Source: Clostridia bacterium (GTDB lineage Bacteria; Bacillota; Clostridia; Christensenellales; DTU072). Taken from it: a stretch of 58,561 nucleotides of DNA. Shown here one piece after another: positions 1 to 10,068 of this stretch. Location of the stretch: positions 1 to 58,561 of the forward strand of contig JAFXIQ010000003.1 in assembly GCA_017533005.1 (NCBI GenBank). Direction: 5' to 3'. Below the pieces are notes generated by a model that had not been told where the DNA came from, did no database searches, and saw only the letters and a program-made list of their open reading frames with translations. Position 1 is the first letter of the stretch. Every line of letters starts with the position of its first letter. A program made the position numbers and the translations under genes.

Positions 1-2
1 CC

Positions 3-3000
3 GATTATAAAAACCTTGATTTACCGATTTCGGCAGAGCTTAAGTTTGCAGATGAAGACGAAGAATTCATTCTCACTAGAAAAGTAGAAGAGAATACGAA
101 CGGCGAAGTAGTTGAGAGTGCAGAAGTTACGAAAGCAGGAGCTACGGTTGCTAGTGGCAAAGAAGCTGTAGACGCATTCGTTTATGAACACGTGGGATTA
201 AACGCAAAAGCATTTAGCGCACTATTCGCTATTGAACGTGAAGAGAACCAACTTCTTGCAGGCGATACCATCACGCGTGAAACTTTCGTTGCAGAAAAGA
301 TGAGCGAACTTACTACTTCGGAAGAAGTTATGGAAAAGGTCGCGTCTTTCAAAGAAGAAGAAAAAGCGATTCTTGCTTACATTGACAGCATCAAACCTAT
401 CAGCAAAGTAGAAATTAGGGACCAACAAATCGTTGTTGATAGTCGTAGAATCGTTCTTGACGGCATAAGAGAAGAAATCGACAAGATTTCACAAGAAGTT
501 GGCTTCGCAGAGAAGTATCAAGAAGAACAAGCACTTTACTACGATGCAATCGCAAAACTAGAAGCGCTCAATGCAAGAAGCGAAGAAATGACAGCGCTTG
601 CTAACAGAGCGTCGTTAAGTAACGAAGCTCAAGCTATAGCCGGCATTTATCAAAGTTACGAAGAAACCAAGGCGCGTTTAGCCGGTGTTCGTAAGGGACT
701 TGCAGAAGAACAAAAGAAGGTTGATGCACTCAAAGCAAAAGTTGAAGAAGGCAAAAAGAGCCTTGCTGGCATCACCGACGAATACGCAAAATCTGCAATC
801 AAGAGCGAAGAATATCACGAAAAGCTCAAAGAGCTTGTCATGCTAGGTTCTACAGAACCACAAGCTCTTCGTTTGAAAGAAAGCGTTGAAAGTTACTACA
901 AAGTATTCGATGCACAAATCGCAGGTGTAGAAGAACGTAAAGCCGTTCTAGAAGAACAATATCTAGCGTTAAACGCAGCTTGCATAGAATTGACTCAGAA
1001 AAAACAAGCTATCAGAGACGCTGTTGATTACAAGAAAGCCGTACAAAGAGGAGCTGTTCTAGAAGTTGACGTCGTTAGTAGCCAAGCACAACTTGTTGCA
1101 CTAGAAGAAAAAGTTGAAGAACTAGGCAAAGAACGCGCAAAATTATTCGAAAAGAAGATGGATGCAACCGAGCTTGCTAGCGAACTTCGCACCAAGCGTG
1201 CAAATCTAGATAAAGCCGTTCGTGGCAAGAATGCAGATGCAAAGACGGCGCTTAACAACGCAAGCTTGTATTCACACACGCTTTACAATAAGCACTTGGC
1301 TGTTTCTAACTACGAAGTAGAAATTGCAGCTATCGAAAAGAAAATTGAAGAAGTTAAGCTTGCGCAAGCAACATACGGAGAAAAGCGCGATAGGCTTCTA
1401 GTTAGAAAGCAAGAAGTTAGCGCACACAGAGAAAAGCTAATTGCTAAACTTGACCTATTCAACGAAAAGCTTACCGAATACGAGAGCCACAACAGAATGA
1501 GTGATTTAGCAGACGACGTTGAATACGGCGAAAGATGTCCTATTTGCGACGGTTTCGTAACGCTTAAGAAAGCGATTCCGCTACGCGATTCGAGAGCTAT
1601 TGTAGACCAAATTGATGCTCTCAAAGCCGAGATAGAAAAAGATACCAACGCTCTTATAGCAGCAGAGAGCTCAATCGGACAATTCGATGCAGCAACCACT
1701 ATAAGTTCACAATACCTAGTCGCATTGGAAGAATCCAAAACACAAAAAGAAGTGCTTATGGACGGTATTCTACGCGAATACGGCGTTAATAGCGTATCCG
1801 AATTGTTTGCAAAGGCAGAGGGTGCAGTAGAGAGTTACAACCGTAAAGTTCTCAACTACGATGCACTACGTGCAACGCTCTACGACCTAGACCAACAAGA
1901 AAGCATTATCGTTGAATGTAACGCAAAAATTGCAAAAATCGACAACGAACTTCTACCCACTGCAGTTCAACAACAAGCCGAAATCGAAGCAAAAGTTGCT
2001 GACATTAAAGCCGAATACGAGAATTTAGCAACAACGTATTTTGCAGGCGAGAGCGCTAGAGACCTTCTCTTGAAACTACAAGTCGTAGAGAAAGAATACG
2101 AAACCCTAGAGAAAGAGCTAGAAGAAAAAGAAGACAAGCTTCGTGAAGTTATCGCAGAGAGAGATGACCTACAAAAGGCTACGATGGCATACGTAGCACG
2201 CACAATCCCCGTAGTTATCAACGGCAAAGAATATTCCTACCAAGACGTTGTTGCAAAGGTATACAGCGATAACGTTCGCGCGCTTATTGCAGAAATTCAA
2301 GACGCTGACGACAAGAAATCATCGACAAAGGTCAAACTAATGGGTGTTAAGACTGTTGTCGACAGAATGGAAAAAGAAAGCGAAGAAGTCGAACGCGCAT
2401 TCATAGCTAGCGTTGCGAAGGCAGACGCTATGGAAGAATCGGCGATGGGCGTATTTGCTGAATACGAAGGCAAGTTCCAAGAACTAGGCATTAACTCTTC
2501 TCGCGACTTAGAAAGACTTATTCTTGACGAAGCAACTATTGCTCGTTACAGCGCAGAGCTTATAGCTTACGATGAAGAACTAGTCGGCACTAAAGAAGCT
2601 ATCAACGTATACCAATCGGGAATTACCGCACACGCAGGATATTACGACAACTACGAATCTAACGTAAAAGCTCTTGCAGAGCTCAAGGAAAAGGAAGAAG
2701 TCGCGATTATCGACCTTGGCAACTCAATGGCAGACATAAAAGAAATGCAAGAACGCTACGAAGCCTTGAGCCTTGCGAACAAGAAGCTAGTAAAAATTCA
2801 AGAAAAAATCACCGACTTTGAAGGCATTTCAGTAGCGGTAAAAGAAGGCGCGATTATAGCTAAAGACATCGCACAAGTAGTGATTGAAAGAGCTAACGGT
2901 ATAATTAAGACGATTTCCGGTGGTAGATATTTCATAGAAACCGCTGAAGACGGCACCGTAATTCTCAACTCACAAAAGGGAAAAGTTAGAACGGACAAGT

Positions 3001-3227
3001 TAACGAGAGAAGAGAAGATTCTACTTCCGTTAGGACTAGCAGGTGCGTTTAACGAAGTTATGCTCAAACTTCTTGCAGGCGACATCGTTCCGGTTATCTC
3101 GATAGGCGCTAGCGAAAACGATAAAGCCAGCCTAACTCCCATCTTTGAATACAGCAAAGATAGAGAAATGATTGCTATTCCAGAAGACGAGTCTGCTTTC
3201 TTCAGAGCGTTGAGCAGAATAGAATAA
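3..3227 (+). CDS. SbcC/Rad50-like coiled-coil protein, 5'-truncated by the window edge, with degenerate ATPase motifs
   Basis: Frame is open from base 3 (DYKNLDLPISAELKF...). Long coiled coils surround a central Zn-hook CPIC (GERCPICDG). The C-terminus has the SbcC layout (ISGGRY...LTREEK...LGLAGA) but lacks LSGGE and the Walker B DE. Confidence 0.75.
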   Translation, partial: DYKNLDLPISAELKFADEDEEFILTRKVEENTNGEVVESAEVTKAGATVASGKEAVDAFVYEHVGLNAKAFSALFAIEREENQLLAGDTITRETFVAEKMSELTTSEEVMEKVASFKEEEKAILAYIDSIKPISKVEIRDQQIVVDSRRIVLDGIREEIDKISQEVGFAEKYQEEQALYYDAIAKLEALNARSEEMTALANRASLSNEAQAIAGIYQSYEETKARLAGVRKGLAEEQKKVDALKAKVEEGKKSLAGITDEYAKSAIKSEEYHEKLKELVMLGSTEPQALRLKESVESYYKVFDAQIAGVEERKAVLEEQYLALNAACIELTQKKQAIRDAVDYKKAVQRGAVLEVDVVSSQAQLVALEEKVEELGKERAKLFEKKMDATELASELRTKRANLDKAVRGKNADAKTALNNASLYSHTLYNKHLAVSNYEVEIAAIEKKIEEVKLAQATYGEKRDRLLVRKQEVSAHREKLIAKLDLFNEKLTEYESHNRMSDLADDVEYGERCPICDGFVTLKKAIPLRDSRAIVDQIDALKAEIEKDTNALIAAESSIGQFDAATTISSQYLVALEESKTQKEVLMDGILREYGVNSVSELFAKAEGAVESYNRKVLNYDALRATLYDLDQQESIIVECNAKIAKIDNELLPTAVQQQAEIEAKVADIKAEYENLATTYFAGESARDLLLKLQVVEKEYETLEKELEEKEDKLREVIAERDDLQKATMAYVARTIPVVINGKEYSYQDVVAKVYSDNVRALIAEIQDADDKKSSTKVKLMGVKTVVDRMEKESEEVERAFIASVAKADAMEESAMGVFAEYEGKFQELGINSSRDLERLILDEATIARYSAELIAYDEELVGTKEAINVYQSGITAHAGYYDNYESNVKALAELKEKEEVAIIDLGNSMADIKEMQERYEALSLANKKLVKIQEKITDFEGISVAVKEGAIIAKDIAQVVIERANGIIKTISGGRYFIETAEDGTVILNSQKGKVRTDKLTREEKILLPLGLAGAFNEVMLKLLAGDIVPVISIGASENDKASLTPIFEYSKDREMIAIPEDESAFFRALSRIE

Positions 3228-3243
3228 GCTTGATAAAGTAACG

Positions 3244-3299
3244 ACGCCACCATGGGCCCATGGTGGCGTATCCCGTAATCTTGCCCTAGAAATAGGGCA
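3244..3299 (+). other. Two stem-loops in the queT leader
   Basis: Perfect 26-bp palindrome ACGCCACCATGGGCCCATGGTGGCGT (3244-3269) and TGCCCTA-GAAA-TAGGGCA (3282-3299). Confidence 0.6.
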
Positions 3300-3332
3300 C
3301 TTAATTTATTAGACTAGGAGAACTAACTCTTA

Positions 3333-3845
3333 ATGGGCAAAAAGGAAACTCTCAAGAAAAACACGATTAGGCTAGTGCGTTCGGCAATAATAGGCGCATT
3401 GTACTTCGTGCTCACATATTTTCTTGCACCCATTTCATACGGACCGTTACAGTTTAGAGTGGCAGAGGCTTTTACGCTTCTACCCATACTCTTTCCGGAA
3501 GCAATCGTTGGCTTAAGCATAGGTTGCCTACTTGCTAATATCTTTTCCGCCTATGGGTGGTACGATATGGTGTTTGGAACGCTTGCAACGCTAATCGCAG
3601 CGATTCTTACCTACCTTATCGGCAGATGGCTTAGAGAGAAAAAGCTCGTTGTACGCGCATTAGTAGGGGCAATCCCGCCGATTTTAGTTAACGCGATAGT
3701 GCTACCTTTGATATGGCTGTTTTTCAGCGGGGACACGATGTATTGGCTCAACTTCGCAACCATACTCGCTACGCAAACCGGCACCATACTTGTCATAGGC
3801 ACGCCTTTAGTGCTAGCACTTGACAAGGCGAAGCTCTCGCGTTAG
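3333..3845 (+). CDS. queT: QueT family queuosine-precursor transporter (ECF S component)
   Basis: AIIGALYFVLT..LAPISYGPLQFRVAEA motif, GCLLANIFS, DMVFGTLATL; multiple TM helices; AGGAG RBS. Confidence 0.85.
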   Translation: MGKKETLKKNTIRLVRSAIIGALYFVLTYFLAPISYGPLQFRVAEAFTLLPILFPEAIVGLSIGCLLANIFSAYGWYDMVFGTLATLIAAILTYLIGRWLREKKLVVRALVGAIPPILVNAIVLPLIWLFFSGDTMYWLNFATILATQTGTILVIGTPLVLALDKAKLSR

Positions 3846-3861
3846 AAAACCTTAAAAAATC

Positions 3862-3890
3862 TTGACTTTAGTCAAGTAATGTACTATAAT
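3862..3890 (+). promoter_or_regulatory. sigma70/sigmaA promoter of greA-lysS
   Basis: TTGACT-17bp-TATAAT. Confidence 0.7.
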
Positions 3891-3966
3891 ATGCAAGCTA
3901 TGCGCATTTTTGGGCGCAAAAAACGTAAAATCAACAAATACTAGTCGCTATGACTCGGAGGAAATA

Positions 3967-4443
3967 ATGGAAAAAACAATACCCTTAACACAAGCCTATT
4001 TCGATGAACAAACTGCCAAGTTGAAAGAAATGGAAACAACCGGACGTACGCAAGTGGCAGAAGCTATCAAACTTGCAAAAGAATTCGGTGACTTATCAGA
4101 GAATGCAGAATACACAGCAGCCAAGAACGCGCAAGAAAAGCTAGAGATAGATATTGCAAGACTAACGGAAATGCTTTCAAAAGCTTATCCTATCGACACC
4201 AGCCTATTGAAAGGCGACGTTGTAGAAGTTGGCACGTATGTAAAAGTTTACGACGTAGAATTTGAAGAAGAACTTGACTATCAAGTAGTATCCAGCTGTG
4301 AAGCAGACACTTCGAAGAATAGAATTTCCAACGAAAGTCCTATTGGTAGAGCGTTAATGGGCAAGAAGGTCGGCGCGAAGGTTACTTTCGATGCACCCGG
4401 TGGAGAGATGGAATTCAAAATCCTAAAAGTATACGTTAAATAG
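3967..4443 (+). CDS. greA: Transcription elongation factor GreA
   Basis: GDLSENAEY and [13 protein letters not shown] motifs. Start placed at ATG 3967 after GGAGG. Confidence 0.95.
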   Translation: MEKTIPLTQAYFDEQTAKLKEMETTGRTQVAEAIKLAKEFGDLSENAEYTAAKNAQEKLEIDIARLTEMLSKAYPIDTSLLKGDVVEVGTYVKVYDVEFEEELDYQVVSSCEADTSKNRISNESPIGRALMGKKVGAKVTFDAPGGEMEFKILKVYVK

Positions 4444-4469
4444 AGAAATTAAGACAGACAGGAGAGTAT

Positions 4470-5966
4470 ATGGAAGACGTAAAGAACAAAATTCTTCCCG
4501 TAGAAGAAGTAGATGAAAACGAACAAATAGCCATTCGTAAAGAGAAGCTTGATACGATGCGCGCTAACGGATTTGACCCTTTCCAAGAAGTTAAGTTCGA
4601 AAAAACTGCCGATGCAAAAGACATTTTAGGCGATTACGCCAAGTACGACTGCCAAAAAGTAAAAATGGCAGGCAGAATTATGTCCAAGCGTATTATGGGC
4701 AAAGCCAGCTTTTCACACATTTACGACGGCACGGCTAGCATGCAACTTTATTTCCGTATAGACGGACTACCAGAAGGCAAATACGACGAATACAAAAAGC
4801 TTGATATCGGCGACATAATCGGTTTTGAAGGTGAAGTATTCACCACGCACAAAGGCGAAATTTCCGTTAAAGTTAGCGACTACATTTTGCTTTCTAAATC
4901 TCTACGTCCACTCCCCGAGAAGTATCACGGACTAACCAATCAAGATTTACGTTATCGTCAACGTTACGTAGACCTTATCGTTAATCCAGAAGTTAAAGAT
5001 ACCTTTATTAAGCGTTCACAAATCATTACTTCAATCAGAGAATTTTTGAACGACAAGGGCTATATCGAAGTTGACACACCTATTTTGAACACCATTTTAG
5101 GTGGCGCAAATGCAAGACCGTTTATCACTCACCACAATACGTTAGACATCGATATGTACCTACGCATAGCTCCCGAACTATACTTGAAACGTCTTATCGT
5201 TGGTGGTTTCTTGAAAGTTTATGAAATGGGCCGTTTGTTCCGTAACGAAGGTATGGACACCAAGCATAACCCCGAATTTACCACCATTGAGCTATACGAA
5301 GCATACGCTGATTATAACGATATGATGGACATTACGGAAGACCTTTACAAGTATTGTGCAGACAAGGTACTTGGCACGAGAACGTTAACCTATCAAGGCG
5401 AAACCATTGAACTCGACGGCAAATGGAAGAGAGTTACCATGGCAGACCTTGTTAAAGAACACACGGGTATCGATTTTTACGCTGACACGATGGAAGAAAT
5501 CATTGCAAAAGCAAAAGAAATCGACGTTTACCTAGAAAAAGACGTTACATGGGGTAACGCGATGTACACAATTTTCGACCAAAAAATCGAAGAGCAACTC
5601 GTACAACCCACTTTCGTTATCGACTACCCCGTAGAAGTTAGCCCCTTGGCAAAGAGAAAGAAATCCGACCCAAGACTAACCGAAAGATTCGAGTTCTTCA
5701 TCACAGCTCGCGAAATGGGCAACGCATTTAGCGAATTGAACGACCCCCTAGACCAAAAAGGCCGTTTCGAAGACCAAGTCAAAGCTCGTGAAAAAGGCGA
5801 TGATGAAGCTCAAATGATGGATGAAGACTACGTTACAGCTCTAGAATACGGACTCCCCCCCACGGGTGGCCTAGGCATAGGTATTGACCGCATGATTATG
5901 CTCTTTACCGATGCTCCCTCAATTAGAGATGTATTGCTCTTCCCCACAATGAAACCCCTAAAATAA
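4470..5966 (+). CDS. lysS: Lysine--tRNA ligase (class II)
   Basis: [45 protein letters not shown]. Confidence 0.97.
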   Translation: MEDVKNKILPVEEVDENEQIAIRKEKLDTMRANGFDPFQEVKFEKTADAKDILGDYAKYDCQKVKMAGRIMSKRIMGKASFSHIYDGTASMQLYFRIDGLPEGKYDEYKKLDIGDIIGFEGEVFTTHKGEISVKVSDYILLSKSLRPLPEKYHGLTNQDLRYRQRYVDLIVNPEVKDTFIKRSQIITSIREFLNDKGYIEVDTPILNTILGGANARPFITHHNTLDIDMYLRIAPELYLKRLIVGGFLKVYEMGRLFRNEGMDTKHNPEFTTIELYEAYADYNDMMDITEDLYKYCADKVLGTRTLTYQGETIELDGKWKRVTMADLVKEHTGIDFYADTMEEIIAKAKEIDVYLEKDVTWGNAMYTIFDQKIEEQLVQPTFVIDYPVEVSPLAKRKKSDPRLTERFEFFITAREMGNAFSELNDPLDQKGRFEDQVKAREKGDDEAQMMDEDYVTALEYGLPPTGGLGIGIDRMIMLFTDAPSIRDVLLFPTMKPLK

Positions 5967-6087
5967 CGAGCGATAAACGGCGCTATGCTTCAGAAACCAT
6001 CGCTTCGCACTCGGTCATTTACGCTCAAGTAAACTCCCTGCGCGCTCAGCTTGATTTCTTCGCCTAGCTTGTTTCTCACTCGTTATT
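5962..6087. repeat. ~126-bp palindromic element, copy 1 (ERIC-like core)
   Basis: Inverted ends AATAACGAG...CTCGTTATT; core GGTCATTTAC-N6-GTAAACTCCC; near-identical to the adjacent copy. Confidence 0.75.
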
Positions 6088-6213
6088 CCCACAAGGCGAT
6101 AAACGGCGCTATGCTTTAGGAACCATCGCTTCACACTCGGTCATTTACGAAAAAGTAAACTCCCGTCGCAAATATCTTGATTTCTTTGCCTAGCTCGTTT
6201 ATTACTTGCTATT
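6088..6213. repeat. ~126-bp palindromic element, copy 2 (boundaries approximate)
   Basis: Shares GCGATAAACGGCGCTATGCTT...AACCATCGCTTC.CACTCGGTCATTTACG...GTAAACTCCC with copy 1. Confidence 0.7.
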
Positions 6214-6265
6214 ACACATTGTCGGCTTATAGCAGAACGATACACTCACTTGGATTAGGATAATT

Positions 6266-7528
6266 ATGAAACTTCCTATCAATGAAACGTTAAGAAAATA
6301 TGAAAACCATATTTCATTTCATACCCCCGCACACAGCGGGGTTGTTTCTATGGGTGAAATTTGCAATACACGCCTTGACGTAACGGAGTTATCTTATAGC
6401 GACAATCTTCTCGTTCCAGAGAACGTTATCCTTGAGAGTGAGCGCGAAGTCGCACGCGTCTACGGTACTCAAAATGTTATATTTTCAACGGCAGGCGCTA
6501 CTACTCTCGTTCATACTGCGATTGCAACGTTAGCTAATCGTGGTAGCTTCTTAATAGTAGGTAACGCACACAAGTCCGTATTTTCAGCACTTCGTATTGC
6601 GCGCGCACAAGCCGTGGTTTTCCACTCCGGAAATCTTCGTGAAACCATTCGCCGTTACAACATTAAAAACCTAGTTATAACCAGTCCCAGCTACTACGGA
6701 AACGTTCCCAAAGAAATGCATTTATTGAGAGAGCTTCGCGATAGTTGCGACGTGAAAATTATATGCGATGCATCACACGGCTCGCACTTCGCGTTTAGCG
6801 ATAAACTACCAGTTTGGGAGTCCGATTTGTGCGATATTGTTATCCATTCTTTACATAAAACGCTTCCGGTTATGACAGGTGGCGCGATAATGCACGTGAG
6901 TGACGAGCTTATATCCAGAGCGAGAATACTATTTTCAGAGCGCCACACAACCAGTCCGTCTTACCCTGTATTATGTTCTATAGAATGGGCAGTAAACGAG
7001 TTTGAGAACAAGGCTCGCGCTTACTATGAAGAGATGTATTCCTTAATAAACGAGTTCAAGTTGAGTATTAAAGATACGCCTTTTAGCGTATTAAACACGA
7101 ACGATTTTTCTCGACTTGTTATAGTTTCCGACTATGATGGTGGAGCTGCTCGCGACTACCTTGAGAGTGTGGGAATATATCCCGAGATGTCGACCGACAA
7201 TAGGGTGGTGTTTATTGTAACGCCCTACAATATGCACGAACTTAAGAGTCTTGCTAGCGCGCTCATTAACGCACCTAGAATGGAGAAAACCCCGTACGCA
7301 CTATCAACTAGAGTAGGTGAGAGCGTAATAACTTTTTACGATGAATTTGAGAGCGTGTCACTTAACGAGAGTATCGGCCGTGTTTCTTATCGAGAAGTAG
7401 GCGCGTATCCACCGGGAACTCCACTTGTTTATAGTGGCGAAACCATTTCGGAAGAATTAGTTGGTATGCTTAAGCTAGGACAATCAACATTTGGACTTGA
7501 TAAAGGCAATATACTTGTGGTAAAATAG
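6266..7528 (+). CDS. PLP-dependent Orn/Lys/Arg decarboxylase family protein (YaaO-like)
   Basis: SFHTPAH, DVTEL, NAHKSV, DASHGSH, SLHKTL (PLP lysine), TTSPSY, YPPGTP; conserved position upstream of tmk. Confidence 0.85.
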   Translation: MKLPINETLRKYENHISFHTPAHSGVVSMGEICNTRLDVTELSYSDNLLVPENVILESEREVARVYGTQNVIFSTAGATTLVHTAIATLANRGSFLIVGNAHKSVFSALRIARAQAVVFHSGNLRETIRRYNIKNLVITSPSYYGNVPKEMHLLRELRDSCDVKIICDASHGSHFAFSDKLPVWESDLCDIVIHSLHKTLPVMTGGAIMHVSDELISRARILFSERHTTSPSYPVLCSIEWAVNEFENKARAYYEEMYSLINEFKLSIKDTPFSVLNTNDFSRLVIVSDYDGGAARDYLESVGIYPEMSTDNRVVFIVTPYNMHELKSLASALINAPRMEKTPYALSTRVGESVITFYDEFESVSLNESIGRVSYREVGAYPPGTPLVYSGETISEELVGMLKLGQSTFGLDKGNILVVK

Positions 7529-7533
7529 AGAAT

Positions 7534-8172
7534 ATGGAAAAACTAGCTAAATCAAGATTTATAACTTTAGAAGGCTGTGAAGGCGTAGGCAAGTCCACGC
7601 AACTAAAAATGCTCAAAGAGTACCTAGAAAAGACAGGGCAACCTGCCGTCTTTACTCGCGAGCCGGGTGGCACTCCTGTTGCTGAAGCGATAAGGAACAT
7701 ACTTCTCGACAAGTCTATGGAAATTTCTCCATCTGTCGAGGCGTATCTTTTTGCTACTGCGAGAGTGGACCATATTGATAGAGTTATACTCCCAGCGAAA
7801 GAGCGTGGTGAGCTAATAATTTGCGATAGATACATTGACAGTTCGCTTGCTTATCAAGGAGTAGCGAGAGAGTTAGGTATAGACAACGTATTGGCTCTTA
7901 ACAGTTATGCTGTTGAAAAATGCATGCCCGACAAAACCATATTCATAGATATGGACCCCAACAACTCGTGGCGCAAGCAAAACGGCAAAAAAATTCTTGA
8001 CGACAGAATGGAATTAGAGAGTGATAGCTTCCACGGCAAGTGCTACGAGGGCTACAAAGAACTCGCGAAACGTTATCCCGATAGAATTGCAGCTATTGCA
8101 CCCAACCTAGACAAAAAAACTACTCACGAGAGCATACTTGACGTATTAAGAGCAGGTGGATTTATTAAGTAA
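7534..8172 (+). CDS. tmk: Thymidylate kinase
   Basis: FITLEGCEGVGKST P-loop, TREPGG, CDRYIDSSLAYQG. Confidence 0.95.
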   Translation: MEKLAKSRFITLEGCEGVGKSTQLKMLKEYLEKTGQPAVFTREPGGTPVAEAIRNILLDKSMEISPSVEAYLFATARVDHIDRVILPAKERGELIICDRYIDSSLAYQGVARELGIDNVLALNSYAVEKCMPDKTIFIDMDPNNSWRKQNGKKILDDRMELESDSFHGKCYEGYKELAKRYPDRIAAIAPNLDKKTTHESILDVLRAGGFIK

Positions 8173-9143
8173 TGTTAACTAGAAGATTAATCGAAAGCGC
8201 ACGTTATAAAGAGTTCAAGTTAGACGTAGAAAGGAACCGACTTTCTCACGCCTACCTTATCATTGGTGATGACACTCAAGTACGTGCAACGTATAAGAAT
8301 CTTCTTGCTATGACCATACTATGTAGGGCGAACGTCTGCTTTAATTGTCCTACGTGCGAGAAGATAATTGCTCACGCACATAGTGATGTAAAATTCTTCA
8401 ATGATGACGGCGATATGAAAGTTAAGGATGCCGAAACGCTCATTGAAGATGCCTATATTCGTGGTTTAGAGGGCGAAACAAAAATTTACTTCGTTGACAA
8501 TTTCGATAAGTTTACTAGGCAAGAAGTGCCTAACAAACTATTAAAAATCTTTGAAGAGCCACCGGAAGGCGTGGTTATATTCCTATTTGCCACGTCGGAG
8601 AACGGAGTGTTAACCACTATTAAATCGAGAGCAAAAAAGATGCTCTTACCTTCTTTCACGACGGAAGAAATCAAGGAATATTTAATTGATATCGGCACGC
8701 CGGAAGACCAAGCAGAAATTGCTTCGGTACTATCGGGAGGAAGAATAGATAGGGGCAGTAAGTTTGCGGAAAACGAAGAATACGTTGTGCAGTACGAGAA
8801 GTGTTTTGAGGTACTTACTTCGGTTAAGAAGTCTAGTGATATAGCTAGCGTATTGAATAACAAGATTTTTTCTAGAGAGCAAATTAGCGTAACGCTAGAA
8901 TTTTTTGAAATAATATTAAGAGACGTTATGTGTCACGTCAGCAAGGCGAAAGTCCCCACGATGACGCTTAACAAAGACTATGATATAGGAAGAATTGCAG
9001 AGGGATTTACTGCAGGTGGTGTGGCTATGGCGCTTATAGCCGTTACCGATGCTAGGCGAAAGCTTAACGTCAACGTCAACCCGTTATCGGTTGCAGAGCG
9101 CATGATGTTCGATATTTTGGAGGCAAAATACAAATGGCAATAG
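8172..9143 (+). CDS. holB: DNA polymerase III delta' subunit
   Basis: RLSHAYLI, Zn cluster C..C..C..C, NKLLKIFEEPP, TIKSR; synteny tmk-holB-yaaT. Confidence 0.88.
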   Translation: MLTRRLIESARYKEFKLDVERNRLSHAYLIIGDDTQVRATYKNLLAMTILCRANVCFNCPTCEKIIAHAHSDVKFFNDDGDMKVKDAETLIEDAYIRGLEGETKIYFVDNFDKFTRQEVPNKLLKIFEEPPEGVVIFLFATSENGVLTTIKSRAKKMLLPSFTTEEIKEYLIDIGTPEDQAEIASVLSGGRIDRGSKFAENEEYVVQYEKCFEVLTSVKKSSDIASVLNNKIFSREQISVTLEFFEIILRDVMCHVSKAKVPTMTLNKDYDIGRIAEGFTAGGVAMALIAVTDARRKLNVNVNPLSVAERMMFDILEAKYKWQ

Positions 9144-9985
9144 TAGTAGGAATTAAGTTCCGTACAGGACAAAAGATATACTATTTCGACCCCAACGGAG
9201 AAACTTTCAAGGAAGGCGACAACGCTATTCTAGAAACTGCTCGTGGACAAGAATTCGGCAAGGTAGTTTTCGGCAACAAAGAAGTTCCCGAGAGCGAAGT
9301 AGTTCAACCGCTTAAACCCGTTTTGCGTAAAGCTACAGCTAAAGACGAGGCCCAAAACGAAAAGAACTTAAGCGAACGCACTCGACTTATGGAAGAAACC
9401 GTCAAAAAAGTTTTTGCACACAACCTACCGATGAAAGTTGTAGATGCTGAATACACTTTTGACAGAACCAAGATAATAATTTATTTTACTGCTGATATGC
9501 GAGTAGACTTCCGTGAGCTAGTCAAAGACCTTGCTTCGTTATTCCATTTACGCATTGAGCTACGCCAAATTTACGAGCGTGACGACATTAAGCTTCGTGG
9601 CGCGCTTGCAGTATGTGGTAGACCGTGTTGTTGTATAACGCACTTACAAGACTACGAAAAGGTCAGCATAAAAATGGCAAAGTACCAGAATTTATCCTTA
9701 AATCCGTCTAAGATAAGTGGATGCTGTGGCAAGCTTATGTGTTGTTTGAGATACGAGAACGATTATTATCAAGAAACTTACAAGCTTATGCCGAAAATGA
9801 ATTCTACTATAGACACACCTGACGGAGCAGGGCAAGTAGTGGGAACGGATATGCTCAAGAGAGAAGTAAAGGTACGTATAACCGACAAAGAAGGTGGCGT
9901 AGAAATAAAAACTTTCCCATTAGAGAAACTGAATATTAAAACGACTTCTACGGAGCCGGAAGACGACGCGAGCGACGACGAATAA
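9134..9985 (+). CDS. yaaT: PSP1/YaaT (RicT) family protein
   Basis: YFTADMRVDFRELVKDLA, CGRPCCC, KISGCCGKLMCCLRYE. Confidence 0.93.
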   Translation: MAIVVGIKFRTGQKIYYFDPNGETFKEGDNAILETARGQEFGKVVFGNKEVPESEVVQPLKPVLRKATAKDEAQNEKNLSERTRLMEETVKKVFAHNLPMKVVDAEYTFDRTKIIIYFTADMRVDFRELVKDLASLFHLRIELRQIYERDDIKLRGALAVCGRPCCCITHLQDYEKVSIKMAKYQNLSLNPSKISGCCGKLMCCLRYENDYYQETYKLMPKMNSTIDTPDGAGQVVGTDMLKREVKVRITDKEGGVEIKTFPLEKLNIKTTSTEPEDDASDDE

Positions 9986-10009
9986 GCGCGCGATAATACA
10001 AAAACTCCC

Positions 10010-10038
10010 TTGACAAAGCACTATCAAAGTGATAGAAT
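10010..10038 (+). promoter_or_regulatory. sigmaA promoter of the ferredoxin gene, with an overlapping inverted repeat
   Basis: TTGACA-17bp-TAGAAT with TG extension; CTATCA-AAG-TGATAG at 10021-10035. Confidence 0.7.
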
Positions 10039-10068
10039 ACAATAAACAAACTTATAAGGAGAAGAACA

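Noticed and set aside
222-3520. Minus-strand ORFs overlapping the SbcC-like gene and queT (and similar shadow ORFs throughout the window)
   Set aside because: They are antisense to well-supported genes, have Ser/Leu-rich shadow composition and show no motifs.
5962-6213. CRISPR array
   Set aside because: Only two long palindromic units with no unique spacers and no cas genes; the same applies to 56826-57081.
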